From assembly GCF_041504555.1 (NCBI RefSeq), contig NZ_CP126499.1: a stretch of 40,000 nt of DNA; one strand, given 5' to 3'. The notes under the pieces are model-generated. The model did no database searches. It was not told the DNA's origin and was given only the letters and a program-made list of their open reading frames with translations. How positions within the stretch are numbered: the first letter of the stretch is position 1; every line of letters begins with the position of its first letter. The position numbers and the translations under genes are program-made. This document shows positions 8,801 to 18,050 of this stretch, piece by piece. Source of the stretch: Fervidobacterium islandicum (GTDB taxonomy: Bacteria; Thermotogota; Thermotogae; Thermotogales; Fervidobacteriaceae).

Positions 8801-9780
8801 GACTTATTCCCCCCTTTGAACGGGAGCAAAAATGCCTTGCCGTATCTGTATACTTCGTAGCCTTTTTCTGCTTCAAACCCGTCTGGTGTAACAACGACTA
8901 TTCTTCCGCTTACACGTTTTGTGAAAACAGAACCTTCTGTAAACATAATAACTCGCTTGGCTTTTTTGTCGCTGTTGTGTATATATCCTGTTCTATACTT
9001 TAGTTCATATGCTTTGACTATGTCATTTGTTATTTCAGAGTAATTCTCTTCGTAATCGTCCGGGCTTGGTATATATGGTGACAATAAAAGGTATTTGTTT
9101 CCTTCGCTTGGTAGTTTTATCGGTTGTAATTCATAATCGAAGTGGCCAAATCCGTAAGTTCTGTCTCCACCTAATCCATCATCCGATAGGAGTTTCAAAG
9201 CACCTAAGATTTGTTTTTCGATTTCTTCACCAACGGATAAGTAGAACCAAAGTCCACAACCAGGAGCAAAATGAACTTCGGAGAAATAGTAGAGGTTTGA
9301 CACAGAATTTAATCTATTGACCTGTACTCGAGGCCTTTCTAATGTCACGGACGGGCTGTCAAACTCTCCCCCGAATTCAACTTTATTCTTGCTCAAGAAC
9401 TGACCTTGGATGTCTTTTTCTTCCGCTGCCTGTTTTCCAAAAAGAATTTCTTCTTGTACAAATTTCACCTTTTTCAGCTTTTTTGGTTGAGTTAGTTTAT
9501 CCATCAAGCCAAAATCTTCGCCCTTTGGCTTGGGTAAGAAATAAGTGTCACCGACGTAATAAAATGCAGAAGAGATACGAAGATCCGTTTTCTGGGAACT
9601 GCTTGAAATTTTTTCGATAAGCTCCTCTGTTTCTTCATCTCCATACAGCTTTGAGTGTGCACACATCAGTGCACCAAAAATAGTATCGGCATGTATTAAA
9701 ACTTCAGAAAGCTCATCTACTCCGTCCATAAAACCGATATGCAACGGACCTTTGAACCTTATCCTAATTCGATAGTCCAT
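8797..9780 (-). CDS. csm4: Csm4 (type III-A RAMP subunit)
   Basis: N-terminal FKGPLHIG and C-terminal glycine-rich DDGLGGDRTYGFGHF. Gene order supports the call. Start taken at MDYRIR (ATG 9780) after GGGAAGTGAGG. Confidence 0.75.
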   Translation of the reverse strand: MDYRIRIRFKGPLHIGFMDGVDELSEVLIHADTIFGALMCAHSKLYGDEETEELIEKISSSSQKTDLRISSAFYYVGDTYFLPKPKGEDFGLMDKLTQPKKLKKVKFVQEEILFGKQAAEEKDIQGQFLSKNKVEFGGEFDSPSVTLERPRVQVNRLNSVSNLYYFSEVHFAPGCGLWFYLSVGEEIEKQILGALKLLSDDGLGGDRTYGFGHFDYELQPIKLPSEGNKYLLLSPYIPSPDDYEENYSEITNDIVKAYELKYRTGYIHNSDKKAKRVIMFTEGSVFTKRVSGRIVVVTPDGFEAEKGYEVYRYGKAFLLPFKGGNKS

Positions 9781-9837
9781 AAGCCTCACTTCCCTAAAGT
9801 AGAGTAGGTGGATTTATTTCGGCTCTGGCTTCTAAAA

Positions 9838-10569
9838 TTACTTAATTTTTGCCAATGCTGTTTGTACATCGTCAAACGTTCCTTCTATAATTTCATTTTT
9901 AGCTTCTGCGTAGAATGTCTTGTCTCTTTTAACTACTCTAATATTCTTGAATTTAATCTTTCCGTATCCTCTTGAACCACTGCCTCCCAGATAGTCGTCT
10001 TCAAGAAGTTTCATGGCCAATAACAATTCTTTTACAAATTTGTTCCCATCATTTTCATATTGGTCAACTACAAATTCTACTTCAAAGATAGCGCCGGCCG
10101 GGACTCTTTCCTGTGGTCTTGGATTGGCCATCGATGTTACCCTGTTAATACTGTTCTCGTACTTTACTTCCGTGTATTTTGTTTCCAGAAAGTCTGAAAG
10201 TTCTTCTAAACTGCTCTCAACAAGGTAAGCGTCTCGGACAATGAGACGTGTCCTTGAAAATACATTCTCATCGTTGGATTTTACATCGACAGAAGTTCCG
10301 AAAAGTCCACAAACTGGGCAGTTCTCATCTGTGCACTTGTGCACTTCTCCGTCATTTCTAACTTTCTCATGATAAAATTCACTCAAAACTCTCATTTTTC
10401 CTTTCAAGCTACTTCCTGGAATGTATGGTCTACCTTTGGCATCTTTGATAACCGGGTTATCAAGACCACCTATTTCAAGACTGTCTTTGTTTGCGCCGAT
10501 GTGAAGCCCTGTAAGGACATGAATTTCTGCATTTATGATATATTTAGCCAAAAATTTCTTTGCTCCCAT
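9838..10569 (-). CDS. csm3: Csm3 (type III-A backbone RAMP, target RNA cleaving subunit)
   Basis: LTGLHIG, PYIPGSSLKGKMR, CTDENCPVCGLFG, GGSGSRGYG. Start at MGAKKF (ATG 10569) after AAGGGGGA. Confidence 0.85.
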   Translation of the reverse strand: MGAKKFLAKYIINAEIHVLTGLHIGANKDSLEIGGLDNPVIKDAKGRPYIPGSSLKGKMRVLSEFYHEKVRNDGEVHKCTDENCPVCGLFGTSVDVKSNDENVFSRTRLIVRDAYLVESSLEELSDFLETKYTEVKYENSINRVTSMANPRPQERVPAGAIFEVEFVVDQYENDGNKFVKELLLAMKLLEDDYLGGSGSRGYGKIKFKNIRVVKRDKTFYAEAKNEIIEGTFDDVQTALAKIK

Positions 10570-10604
10570 CTTTACTTCCCCCTTCATTCTTCAGTTTTAG
10601 CCTT

Positions 10605-11084
10605 TCAATTTCTCTCTTTTTCATAGTACTTGTGGAAAGCAACAAGTGCTTCGAAAAAGTCCATGAAGAGTTCAAAAGATTTCTTAATGTCCTGACCTTG
10701 TTTAATCTTTATATTTTCAACAACGTTTTTCATACCCTTAGCAAAGTTCGAGAGAGCTTTACTTTCTTTTCCTGTTTCCCTACCGACATCATAAAACATT
10801 AAAGCCACGAATTTATTTAGTTCCCTTCGTAGTATTTTCTCAACTTGCGATTCATCTTTGATGCCTGCAAGGTCTATTTTTTTAACGTGGTTATAGAATT
10901 TCCTTAGCTTTGTTGAATTCATGTTTAATTTTCTTGCTATTTGCTCGGCTTCGTTGGTTATGGCATTGTAGTCTTCCTTAGCTGCTCCGACAATGTTTTT
11001 TATTTTATCAAAATGCATCAAAATGTCAGAACCCTGGTCAATGTTACCCCTCTCTTGGAAATTGTTTGGCCTTCCCCCGTTCAT
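10605..11084 (-). CDS. csm2: Csm2 (type III-A small subunit)
   Basis: 159-aa helical protein directly after cas10 with an ATGA start/stop overlap. Called by position and size. Confidence 0.6.
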   Translation of the reverse strand: MNGGRPNNFQERGNIDQGSDILMHFDKIKNIVGAAKEDYNAITNEAEQIARKLNMNSTKLRKFYNHVKKIDLAGIKDESQVEKILRRELNKFVALMFYDVGRETGKESKALSNFAKGMKNVVENIKIKQGQDIKKSFELFMDFFEALVAFHKYYEKERN

Positions 11085-13570
11085 TTTAACACCTCCGATT
11101 CTCTTAATGTTTCATTTGAAAATTGAACATTTCGAGTTTCGTCTTCTACCCATTTAACTATTAATCCCAACTTTGGATGTAGCTTGTTGTTCGACACAAG
11201 TATGGAGCTGAAAACCTCATTTATTAAGTTTCGTACGTCTTTCTTTTGTCTTTCCATGAGCCGCCCAACATAGTAGTACAACTTCCAAATTTTCAGTTGG
11301 TACCCCCCTTCGTTTGCAAACGTTTCAAGCACATGCAAAAGGTTCCTGCTAACACCTTTCTGAATAAGCGCCTTTAACTTTTCTTTTATTTCGTGCACCC
11401 TTTCAAATTCCTCCCAGCCTATACACCCCCTCAAAAAGTAAATCGCATCTTTTTCTTTGCCATTGCGTTTGTAAGCTTTTGCATGTTCATCAAGCATAAC
11501 TCCAGCAGTCGTACCGAGTTTGTATACAGGGTATTTTCGACTTGGTGCAATAGCTATAGCCATGGATATTGAAAGGTTCTTGTTCTTTGTGAAGGTTTCA
11601 AATGATTTCCTTATTCCATGGGCCAACATGGGCAGCTCGTTCCATGGACCAAGAATCATGAAATCGTCTCCACCTGAATATATAACACTGCAGTTATTAT
11701 ACTGACTTCTAACAAACCTCTCTAACGCTATACTGAAAAACATTTCAAGCTCAGAAGACAAAGTTGCAACGTACGATATAGGCGCTTTTCTATTCTCAGA
11801 ATTCTTCCCGGTTTTTAAAGCTCTAAATATACTCCCAAGGTTGTCTACATCACCACGGAGTATAGCCCAGCGCTTTACCCCCTCTGACTGTTTAGCAATC
11901 GTCTCAAGGTCAGCTGTAACTTTCCTTCCTGATTCTTCGATGTACTTAGTTGGAACGTAACTTGCCATCTTTATAAAATACATCGCTTTATTTGGGTCAT
12001 AGGTGTTATTCTTAGTTTTCTCAACAGCATAGGAAAGCTTGTCTGGCTCATTTTGGAACGAGAGTTCAAATCCAAAACTTCTGAAAACGTCATGCACTGT
12101 TTTCGGTTTACGGTTCAGTTCCTCAATTGGTTCAAGTAGTAAAAACTTACTGTTTGCTAAATCATAACCCAAATCGACGAAAGATTCGCAAAACGTGCAT
12201 TCGTAGTAAACATCTTGTCTTGAACGAATTTCGTTCATCTTTCTACCACAATACGGACATCTCGGACCTGAAAAGTCTTCCGGAATAAACATCTCCACGT
12301 TAATTATGCTTGCGAATTTTCTATTCTTTTTCTCTTCAATCAACCTTGAAAGGTCATCATGTACATTGAAATTAACAAGTCTTGAAAGACTTATCTTCAT
12401 ACCAGCAAGTAAAACGGACAGGTCTAAACCAAAGGCATCGTACATTTTTTTGTCCAAAATGGTTTGGTATTCTTCCAACTTATCAATAGTCTTTGCAGGA
12501 ACCAGCAGATAAAAGTGACCTCCACCACAATAAAGAATATTCGAATTATAAAGCCCTTCTTTTCTAACAATGTACCTCGCAATTACCTCTGCCAAGTACG
12601 CTATAAAGAACGAACGTGCTCTTAATTTTTTAAGTCCGTTTTCAACAGAAGTTTTGTAAATAAAATCTTGTATTCCAGATATATCACCTTTTATCACACC
12701 GAAAAGTTCTTCATCTTCATTAACTGAACTCGCATTATCATGCAGTTTTCTAACTATTTCTTCAATTTTCCCAAGTTTACTGGAAGCTTGTAAAAATCTG
12801 TCATTCTGCTTCTGAAAGATATCTTCCCCAAGTTGAGCAAGTAGAGAAATGGCTATAGCCGCTGTAGAGGAGGAATGTGAGAATAGGGAAATATCCGGTT
12901 CGCTATAATAGAATGCGGAAGGAACTGTGGAGGTGTATTCTTTTAACAGGTAGTGGATTCTTTCAAGAACGCCGTCAGGATTCTCAATCCATAATTGCTT
13001 TAAATCATTATCTTTCAGTAACGGTTCAAATTCTCGCCATAGATTTTCGTATTCCTTTTCAACAACTTTTCCAGAAAGCTCGTTCTCGGATTTTACTTCC
13101 TCAGCTAACGAAAAACGAGAGAGTGGTCTGTAAAAGTTTACTTTATCATCAACACCAGATAGTGTAACTTTAGAAATTATAGACTTCATGTACTTTATCT
13201 TGTCAACTTCAACATTTTGACTGTAGTCCATCCGTTCACTTGCAGACAACTTATCCGCTATGGAGAGAATCTTTGCTAAGACTTCGTACTCACTTGCAAG
13301 TTCTTCCAACTTCTCGTGGTGCTTACTAACGACAACTGCGACTTCATCATTGTACGGCAAGGAAGAATTCTTACAAATTAGCGCTCCAATATACTGATGC
13401 GCAAGCCCGGAATTATGACTTTTCATTTCATAGTTATATTCCTTTCTTACCGCTTCCTTAAACTCGCTATCCATCTCTCCCCTCTGTCTGAATTTTCCTA
13501 TGTCGTGAAATAATGAGGCAAGATAAAGAATATCCTTCCATTTTTTCAGTGTATCTTCTGTTTTCCCCAT
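11081..13570 (-). CDS. cas10: Cas10/Csm1 (HD nuclease plus cyclase/palm domains)
   Basis: HD motif LFHDIGKF (HD at 13502-13507). Zinc-finger-like CPYCG...CTFC. GGDD palm motif in IYSGGDDFMILGP (GGDD at 11663-11674). Start at MGKTED (ATG 13570) after GGGGGTGG. Confidence 0.9.
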   Translation of the reverse strand: MGKTEDTLKKWKDILYLASLFHDIGKFRQRGEMDSEFKEAVRKEYNYEMKSHNSGLAHQYIGALICKNSSLPYNDEVAVVVSKHHEKLEELASEYEVLAKILSIADKLSASERMDYSQNVEVDKIKYMKSIISKVTLSGVDDKVNFYRPLSRFSLAEEVKSENELSGKVVEKEYENLWREFEPLLKDNDLKQLWIENPDGVLERIHYLLKEYTSTVPSAFYYSEPDISLFSHSSSTAAIAISLLAQLGEDIFQKQNDRFLQASSKLGKIEEIVRKLHDNASSVNEDEELFGVIKGDISGIQDFIYKTSVENGLKKLRARSFFIAYLAEVIARYIVRKEGLYNSNILYCGGGHFYLLVPAKTIDKLEEYQTILDKKMYDAFGLDLSVLLAGMKISLSRLVNFNVHDDLSRLIEEKKNRKFASIINVEMFIPEDFSGPRCPYCGRKMNEIRSRQDVYYECTFCESFVDLGYDLANSKFLLLEPIEELNRKPKTVHDVFRSFGFELSFQNEPDKLSYAVEKTKNNTYDPNKAMYFIKMASYVPTKYIEESGRKVTADLETIAKQSEGVKRWAILRGDVDNLGSIFRALKTGKNSENRKAPISYVATLSSELEMFFSIALERFVRSQYNNCSVIYSGGDDFMILGPWNELPMLAHGIRKSFETFTKNKNLSISMAIAIAPSRKYPVYKLGTTAGVMLDEHAKAYKRNGKEKDAIYFLRGCIGWEEFERVHEIKEKLKALIQKGVSRNLLHVLETFANEGGYQLKIWKLYYYVGRLMERQKKDVRNLINEVFSSILVSNNKLHPKLGLIVKWVEDETRNVQFSNETLRESEVLK

Positions 13571-13668
13571 GCTTCCACCCCCAAATTTATTCAAAAAAAA
13601 TTACCCCACCTATACGTGGTGTTTTAAAATCCAGTTTAACTATGGAAAAATTCGTACTTTTACACGAC

Positions 13669-13695
13669 TATGCTAAAACAATTTCTTTTAGCATA
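13669..13695. promoter_or_regulatory. Perfect inverted repeat TATGCTAAAA-N7-TTTTAGCATA upstream of cas10 (candidate operator)
   Basis: 10-bp arms read directly from the sequence, about 100-125 bp upstream of the cas10 start. No protein partner identified. Confidence 0.3.
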
Positions 13696-13920
13696 CTACT
13701 AGATATCGTACTACCAGAAAATTAAACAACAATTTTTTGAAGCCTAAAATCTATAATATAATTTTAACACAAACAGCTATGAAACGTGCAACAGAAATAA
13801 TAGTTAACTTTTAACAAACTTATGGTATTACAAAAATCACATTTTAGTAACAAATTATGCTATGCTGCTTCCTAAAATGCCGAAAAACATTTGCAAACGT
13901 TGTTATTAGAAAATAAAAAA

Positions 13921-13945
13921 CCAGGCAAAAGCGCCTGGTTTTTTT
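13921..13945 (-). terminator. Intrinsic terminator after the VWA gene (bidirectional shape)
   Basis: CCAGGC-AAAAGC-GCCTGG hairpin flanked by an A-run and a T-run, starting immediately after the stop at 13945-13947. Confidence 0.65.
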
Positions 13946-15285
13946 CATATTTCTTCCGGTAGAATGACAACTTTTCCATGCCTGCTAGCTTCTTGCATAA
14001 ATTCAGCAGAATGGTAGTACGAGAACACGAAAAGTTTCTTTCCTTTGATTCTAACAAGTTCTTGTGGGAAGGCATCATATCCATCGGTCATTACAACAAC
14101 TAAATTGTTATCTTGAAGCACACGCTTGTTCTCTGATTTCAATTGCGCAAGTGCGTCGCTTAGAGATGTGCCTCCACGTTCTTGTACAACTATCTTCTGT
14201 CCTAACTTGATAGGAAATACACCTATGGAATATCCAAAGACATTGACTTCAACGCTGTGATGAGTTCTGAGATAATACAATTGACTAACGAGCATGTTCA
14301 GCAGTCTATCTGAAATACTCCCGCTTGTATCAACAAGTGCTAACACTTTAGCTGTGTTCATTCGTTGCATCTTCGGTGGTAATCCGTATCTTTTGTCAAT
14401 TCTGTGCTTATTTACACGCACATTCTCAGTAAGTGCACTGGTGAGCAGTCCTCTTATAAACTTCTCCCAGTTGACTACGTTCTTTCCTGTGAGCTGATAC
14501 TCGATGTTGCTTTGAACTCTTTCGTTCCCTCTGTTAAAATGCGTACTTATCTTGTCATGTAGCTGCCTTATCATCTCTCGCTCGTGCTCACTCAGTTGTT
14601 CTTTATCTGTAAGTTGTACATCACCGGAAAGTATATCCCCAAGCTTCGAGATTCCAAGCACTTCTATTGTGCGTATGTTATCATCCCCATACATAGACCT
14701 GTACAGCAATATCAACGCTGCTGTTAAGTCTTCCGCAGTGTAGTTAACGGTATTAAACAATAGCGTATGATGAGCAACTGCATTTGAATGATTTTGCTCA
14801 GGCTTCAAAAATTCTTCTGCTACAACTGTGGTGAAATGTTTCCGAAACGCATCATGCTTGGAGTTGATAATACTATCAGCTGCAATGTTGTACAACATGT
14901 AGTGTATCGGATTGTCAAAGTCTATAACAACATCATTAACAGTAAAGAACCCAAGTGAACTTAAACGTTCTTGTGAGACTGTTACCTTCTTGCTGTGCAT
15001 AAGTAAATGACCGAAGATGATGTGGTCAAGTTCGTGCTTGATGATATTTCTGGTAATCAGGACCGCTTCTTCAAATGTCTTTCCTTCGCAAATCTCCTCT
15101 AAAAACTTCCTTCCTACCTCAACTTTGTAACGCTTTGTCGCTCTATCAAACGATGCCTGCGCTGTAGGAACATCTGCAAGCTGGATTGCGACTTCATTGA
15201 TGACTTTCAGATATCCAATATCGTCATATTCCGGATAACATATACCAAACATCATTGCCTGTCTCCAAACCTCGTTAATGTCCAT
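13945..15285 (-). CDS. VWA-domain protein with N-terminal HExxH metallopeptidase-like domain (DUF2201/COG3864-like)
   Basis: HELDHIIFGH motif. VWA MIDAS-like VLALVDTSGSIS. Start at MDINEV (ATG 15285) after AGGGGGGAAGTGAA. Classic partner of the MoxR ATPase encoded just upstream. Confidence 0.75.
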   Translation of the reverse strand: MDINEVWRQAMMFGICYPEYDDIGYLKVINEVAIQLADVPTAQASFDRATKRYKVEVGRKFLEEICEGKTFEEAVLITRNIIKHELDHIIFGHLLMHSKKVTVSQERLSSLGFFTVNDVVIDFDNPIHYMLYNIAADSIINSKHDAFRKHFTTVVAEEFLKPEQNHSNAVAHHTLLFNTVNYTAEDLTAALILLYRSMYGDDNIRTIEVLGISKLGDILSGDVQLTDKEQLSEHEREMIRQLHDKISTHFNRGNERVQSNIEYQLTGKNVVNWEKFIRGLLTSALTENVRVNKHRIDKRYGLPPKMQRMNTAKVLALVDTSGSISDRLLNMLVSQLYYLRTHHSVEVNVFGYSIGVFPIKLGQKIVVQERGGTSLSDALAQLKSENKRVLQDNNLVVVMTDGYDAFPQELVRIKGKKLFVFSYYHSAEFMQEASRHGKVVILPEEI

Positions 15286-15336
15286 TTCACTTCCCCCCTT
15301 TCTCCGCTTTCTTAACACTATGCATATTCCAATATT

Positions 15337-16335
15337 CTAACTAACTGCCAAGACCCGCCTAATTCTGGAAAAATGACATCTGTACAACTTTATGTATCCA
15401 ACCATATACTTCTCCATGTCCGCCTGCACTGACCTTAGAACCGAAGCAAGTTCTTCATCGGTATATAATTCAAGCGCCTCACTACTAACTTTCTCAGGTT
15501 CCCCATATGCAAGTACCCTAAGTAATACCTCCACCTTAGCTGTTGGCGAAGCTTTTCTTAGCTTTTCAAAAGCAGGCTTGTAGAGGTCTTCCTCATTAAG
15601 TACAACTGTATCAATCTGGTTGATTAAATATATCGCTGCTTCCCGACCTATCACTCCGCTCAATAGCTCAATCAATATCTCTTCATCTATTTGCAATTCC
15701 TTTGCCTTATTGAGTATCTTAACTGCTTTCGACATTGCCCTTGGATTTGGTTGAATCTTCGGCAATTCTACGTCTTTCTGAAAAACCTCAAAGTTAATCA
15801 ATGTCTGAACTGCTGCGCGTGCTAATGTTGCATCTTTGAACTCTTGGACAAGGTAGTTGTAGTAATCGGTTGGGTCGTTCTGGAGCTTTATCCATATAAA
15901 GCGTGTTAACACCGCTTGGTCTATTATTTCGTTGACTTCGTATTCGTCATCAGACGGATTAATGGCTGCTATTATCACTGCCCCTTCTGGTAATCTGTGA
16001 GGACCTATCTGCCTGTCTGTCAGTAACTGTAAAACACTTTGCCTAACAAAGAGCGGGGCACGGTTAAACTCATCAAGAAAGAGTACTTCACCTGGTCTAT
16101 CTGGCAAAAACGTCGGTCTTGTGAAGACAGTCTGGCCGTTAATCACCACAGGCATTCCTATCAAATCACCCGGTTCTAACTGACTTAACAGCACAGTCTT
16201 AACTGACCTTCCAAGCTCTTGCGCTGCTTGCCTAATAACAGTTGACTTCCCTATGCCAGCATGACCGACAATCATTATTGGTTCATCCAAACTAAGAAGA
16301 AAGCCGAATAATGACTTAAAGGTTCCTATCCTCAT
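15337..16335 (-). CDS. MoxR-like AAA+ ATPase
   Basis: Walker A GHAGIGKST and Walker B LFLDEFNRA. Size about 330 aa. Start at MRIGTF (ATG 16335) after GGGAGGA. Confidence 0.8.
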   Translation of the reverse strand: MRIGTFKSLFGFLLSLDEPIMIVGHAGIGKSTVIRQAAQELGRSVKTVLLSQLEPGDLIGMPVVINGQTVFTRPTFLPDRPGEVLFLDEFNRAPLFVRQSVLQLLTDRQIGPHRLPEGAVIIAAINPSDDEYEVNEIIDQAVLTRFIWIKLQNDPTDYYNYLVQEFKDATLARAAVQTLINFEVFQKDVELPKIQPNPRAMSKAVKILNKAKELQIDEEILIELLSGVIGREAAIYLINQIDTVVLNEEDLYKPAFEKLRKASPTAKVEVLLRVLAYGEPEKVSSEALELYTDEELASVLRSVQADMEKYMVGYIKLYRCHFSRIRRVLAVS

Positions 16336-16487
16336 CTTATCATCCTCCCTCATAGAAGTTGTGGAACTTTGCTTGTCCTGACAGAATTTAGTGAGCCCGC
16401 AAGCTACTCTCCTTCAGGGAAGTAGTAGGGGCTTGCACTTTTCAAAGTTTTTCAAAGTATGTAGTACAATTGTATGGGGTGATTGGT

Positions 16488-16877
16488 ATGCAGCTGCGAA
16501 AAACTCGATGGAGTAAATACAACCTGAACTATCATTTTGTTTGGATACCTAAATACAGAAAACCTATTTTGGTCGACAATGTTAAAGACGAACTTCAAAA
16601 GATTATCCACTCTGTTGCTAAGAGCCACCACATTACTGTTTTGTCGCTCTCTACCCAGCCAGACCATGTTCATCTATTTGTCTCTGCTCCACCAAGATTA
16701 TCCCCAGCGTCAATTATAAACTTATTTAAGGGTGTGTCATCTAAAAAGTTGCTGGAAAAATTCCAACATTTGAGAACGAAAGACGGATTATGGAGTAGAA
16801 CTTACTACGTTGGAAGTGCAGGAACTGTATCTGAAGAAACTATCAGGAGGTATATTGAGGAGTGTCAAAACATATAG
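16488..16877 (+). CDS. tnpA: IS200/IS605 Y1 (HUH) transposase TnpA
   Basis: YNLNYHFVWIPKYRKPIL, HUH motif PDHVHLFVS, C-terminal RRYIEEC tyrosine. Start at MQLRKT after GGGGTGA. Confidence 0.9.
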   Translation: MQLRKTRWSKYNLNYHFVWIPKYRKPILVDNVKDELQKIIHSVAKSHHITVLSLSTQPDHVHLFVSAPPRLSPASIINLFKGVSSKKLLEKFQHLRTKDGLWSRTYYVGSAGTVSEETIRRYIEECQNI

Positions 16878-17860
16878 TCAGGACCTACAAAGTGCCTGTT
16901 CCTGTTGAGTTCTATTCCCTGTGCAATGAGTTGAACCAAACCGCCGCAAGAATATACAACAAAACACTCTCGCTTGTGCAAAAGCTCAAGCGCAAGAAGG
17001 GTTTCTGGCTTTCTGAGGGCAGTGCTCAAAAGTTCATCTTGCGCTGGGCTAGTGGAACTAGCATTCATACACACTCAAAACAAGCGTTTGTTCAGCAGTA
17101 CTTCCAAGCCCTTAATAGCTACTTTTCAGCCAGCAAAACAAACCCTAATGCAAAACCACCATACAAAACGAAGAAGTTCATACCATTCATCTGGAAAGAT
17201 ACCGCAGTCAAGCTCCTGCCAGATGGTAGGTTAAAGCTTTCCTTAGGGAAAGATAGAGACCCTCTAGTTGTTCAGACAACTCTACCATCTGGTACAAAGA
17301 TTAGGCAAGTTAAGTTGGTCTACAAAATGGGCAAATACTACCTTCACCTTGCGATAGAGGTGAAGATTGGAGAAAGTGAAACGAAGGGTACAAAAGTTGT
17401 ATCGGTAGACCTTGGCATACTCCGTCCTATCACATATTTTGATGGTGAGAAAGTGGTGTCTTACCATGGTGGAGCGCTCAACAGTCTGATACGCTACAGA
17501 AACAAAGAACTTGCAAAAATCCAAAGCGCGATGAGCAAGTGCAAAAGAGACTCGAGAAGATACAAGAAACTTTCAAGAGCAAAAGCCAAACTACTGCTGA
17601 GGATAAAGAATCAACTTAACGATGTTCTCCACAAGATAACGAGCCACTTTATAGGCACATGCTTCAGAAGCGGAGTTAAAACAATCGTGATAGGTGATGT
17701 CACAAACATTCGAGAAAGTGTTCAAGGAAACGACAACGCAATGCAAAAAGTGCTTCAGTGGTGCTTTAGACGAATAACAAATCTCATAACATACAAAGCA
17801 AAGATTCATGGAGTCAACCACCCACCACTTAAGTGGCGGGCTTGTAAAAGCCATGGTTGA
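16862..17860 (+). pseudogene. tnpB: tnpB (IS605 OrfB) N-terminal fragment, truncated by insertion
   Basis: IVRTYKVPV start typical of TnpB. RuvC-I VVSVDLGILRP. The family-like sequence ends near YKAKIHGV (about 17815) and then reads into unrelated sequence up to a stop. Confidence 0.8.
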
Positions 17861-18050
17861 CTACCCTCAGCCAGGACCGAAAGGTCACCGGACTACGTTA
17901 GGTGGGTCATGGCACCATGGAATGCTGCTCAAGTCCCATGCTCTGCCGTCTGTCATTAAACAGTCCTAATGGGTAGGGACAGTGTGGCAGACTTAAAAAG
18001 CCTACCTAACATTGGGGATGAGCACATAACTCCGAAAGGAGGCTTACCGC
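17861..18050 (+). ncRNA. Candidate IscB omega-RNA scaffold
   Basis: About 190 nt of GC-rich non-coding sequence immediately 5' of iscB, with many local complementarities (for example CCATGGTTGAC...GTCATGGCACCATGG). It ends in the iscB SD GAAAGGAGG. IscB omega-RNAs are known to be encoded at this position. The 5' end may extend into 17816-17860. Confidence 0.45.

Noticed and set aside
16452-16673. A 73-aa minus-strand ORF overlapping tnpA.
   Set aside because: It lies entirely antisense to a well-supported tnpA and has no start signals.
16859-16869. The 11-nt GGAGTGTCAAA is repeated at 16859-16869 (tnpA/tnpB junction) and at 19619-19629 (just after the RE hairpin).
   Set aside because: An 11-mer shared once within 40 kb is expected by chance many times over. 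The copy at 19619-19629 is adequately explained as the RE terminus (TCAA).
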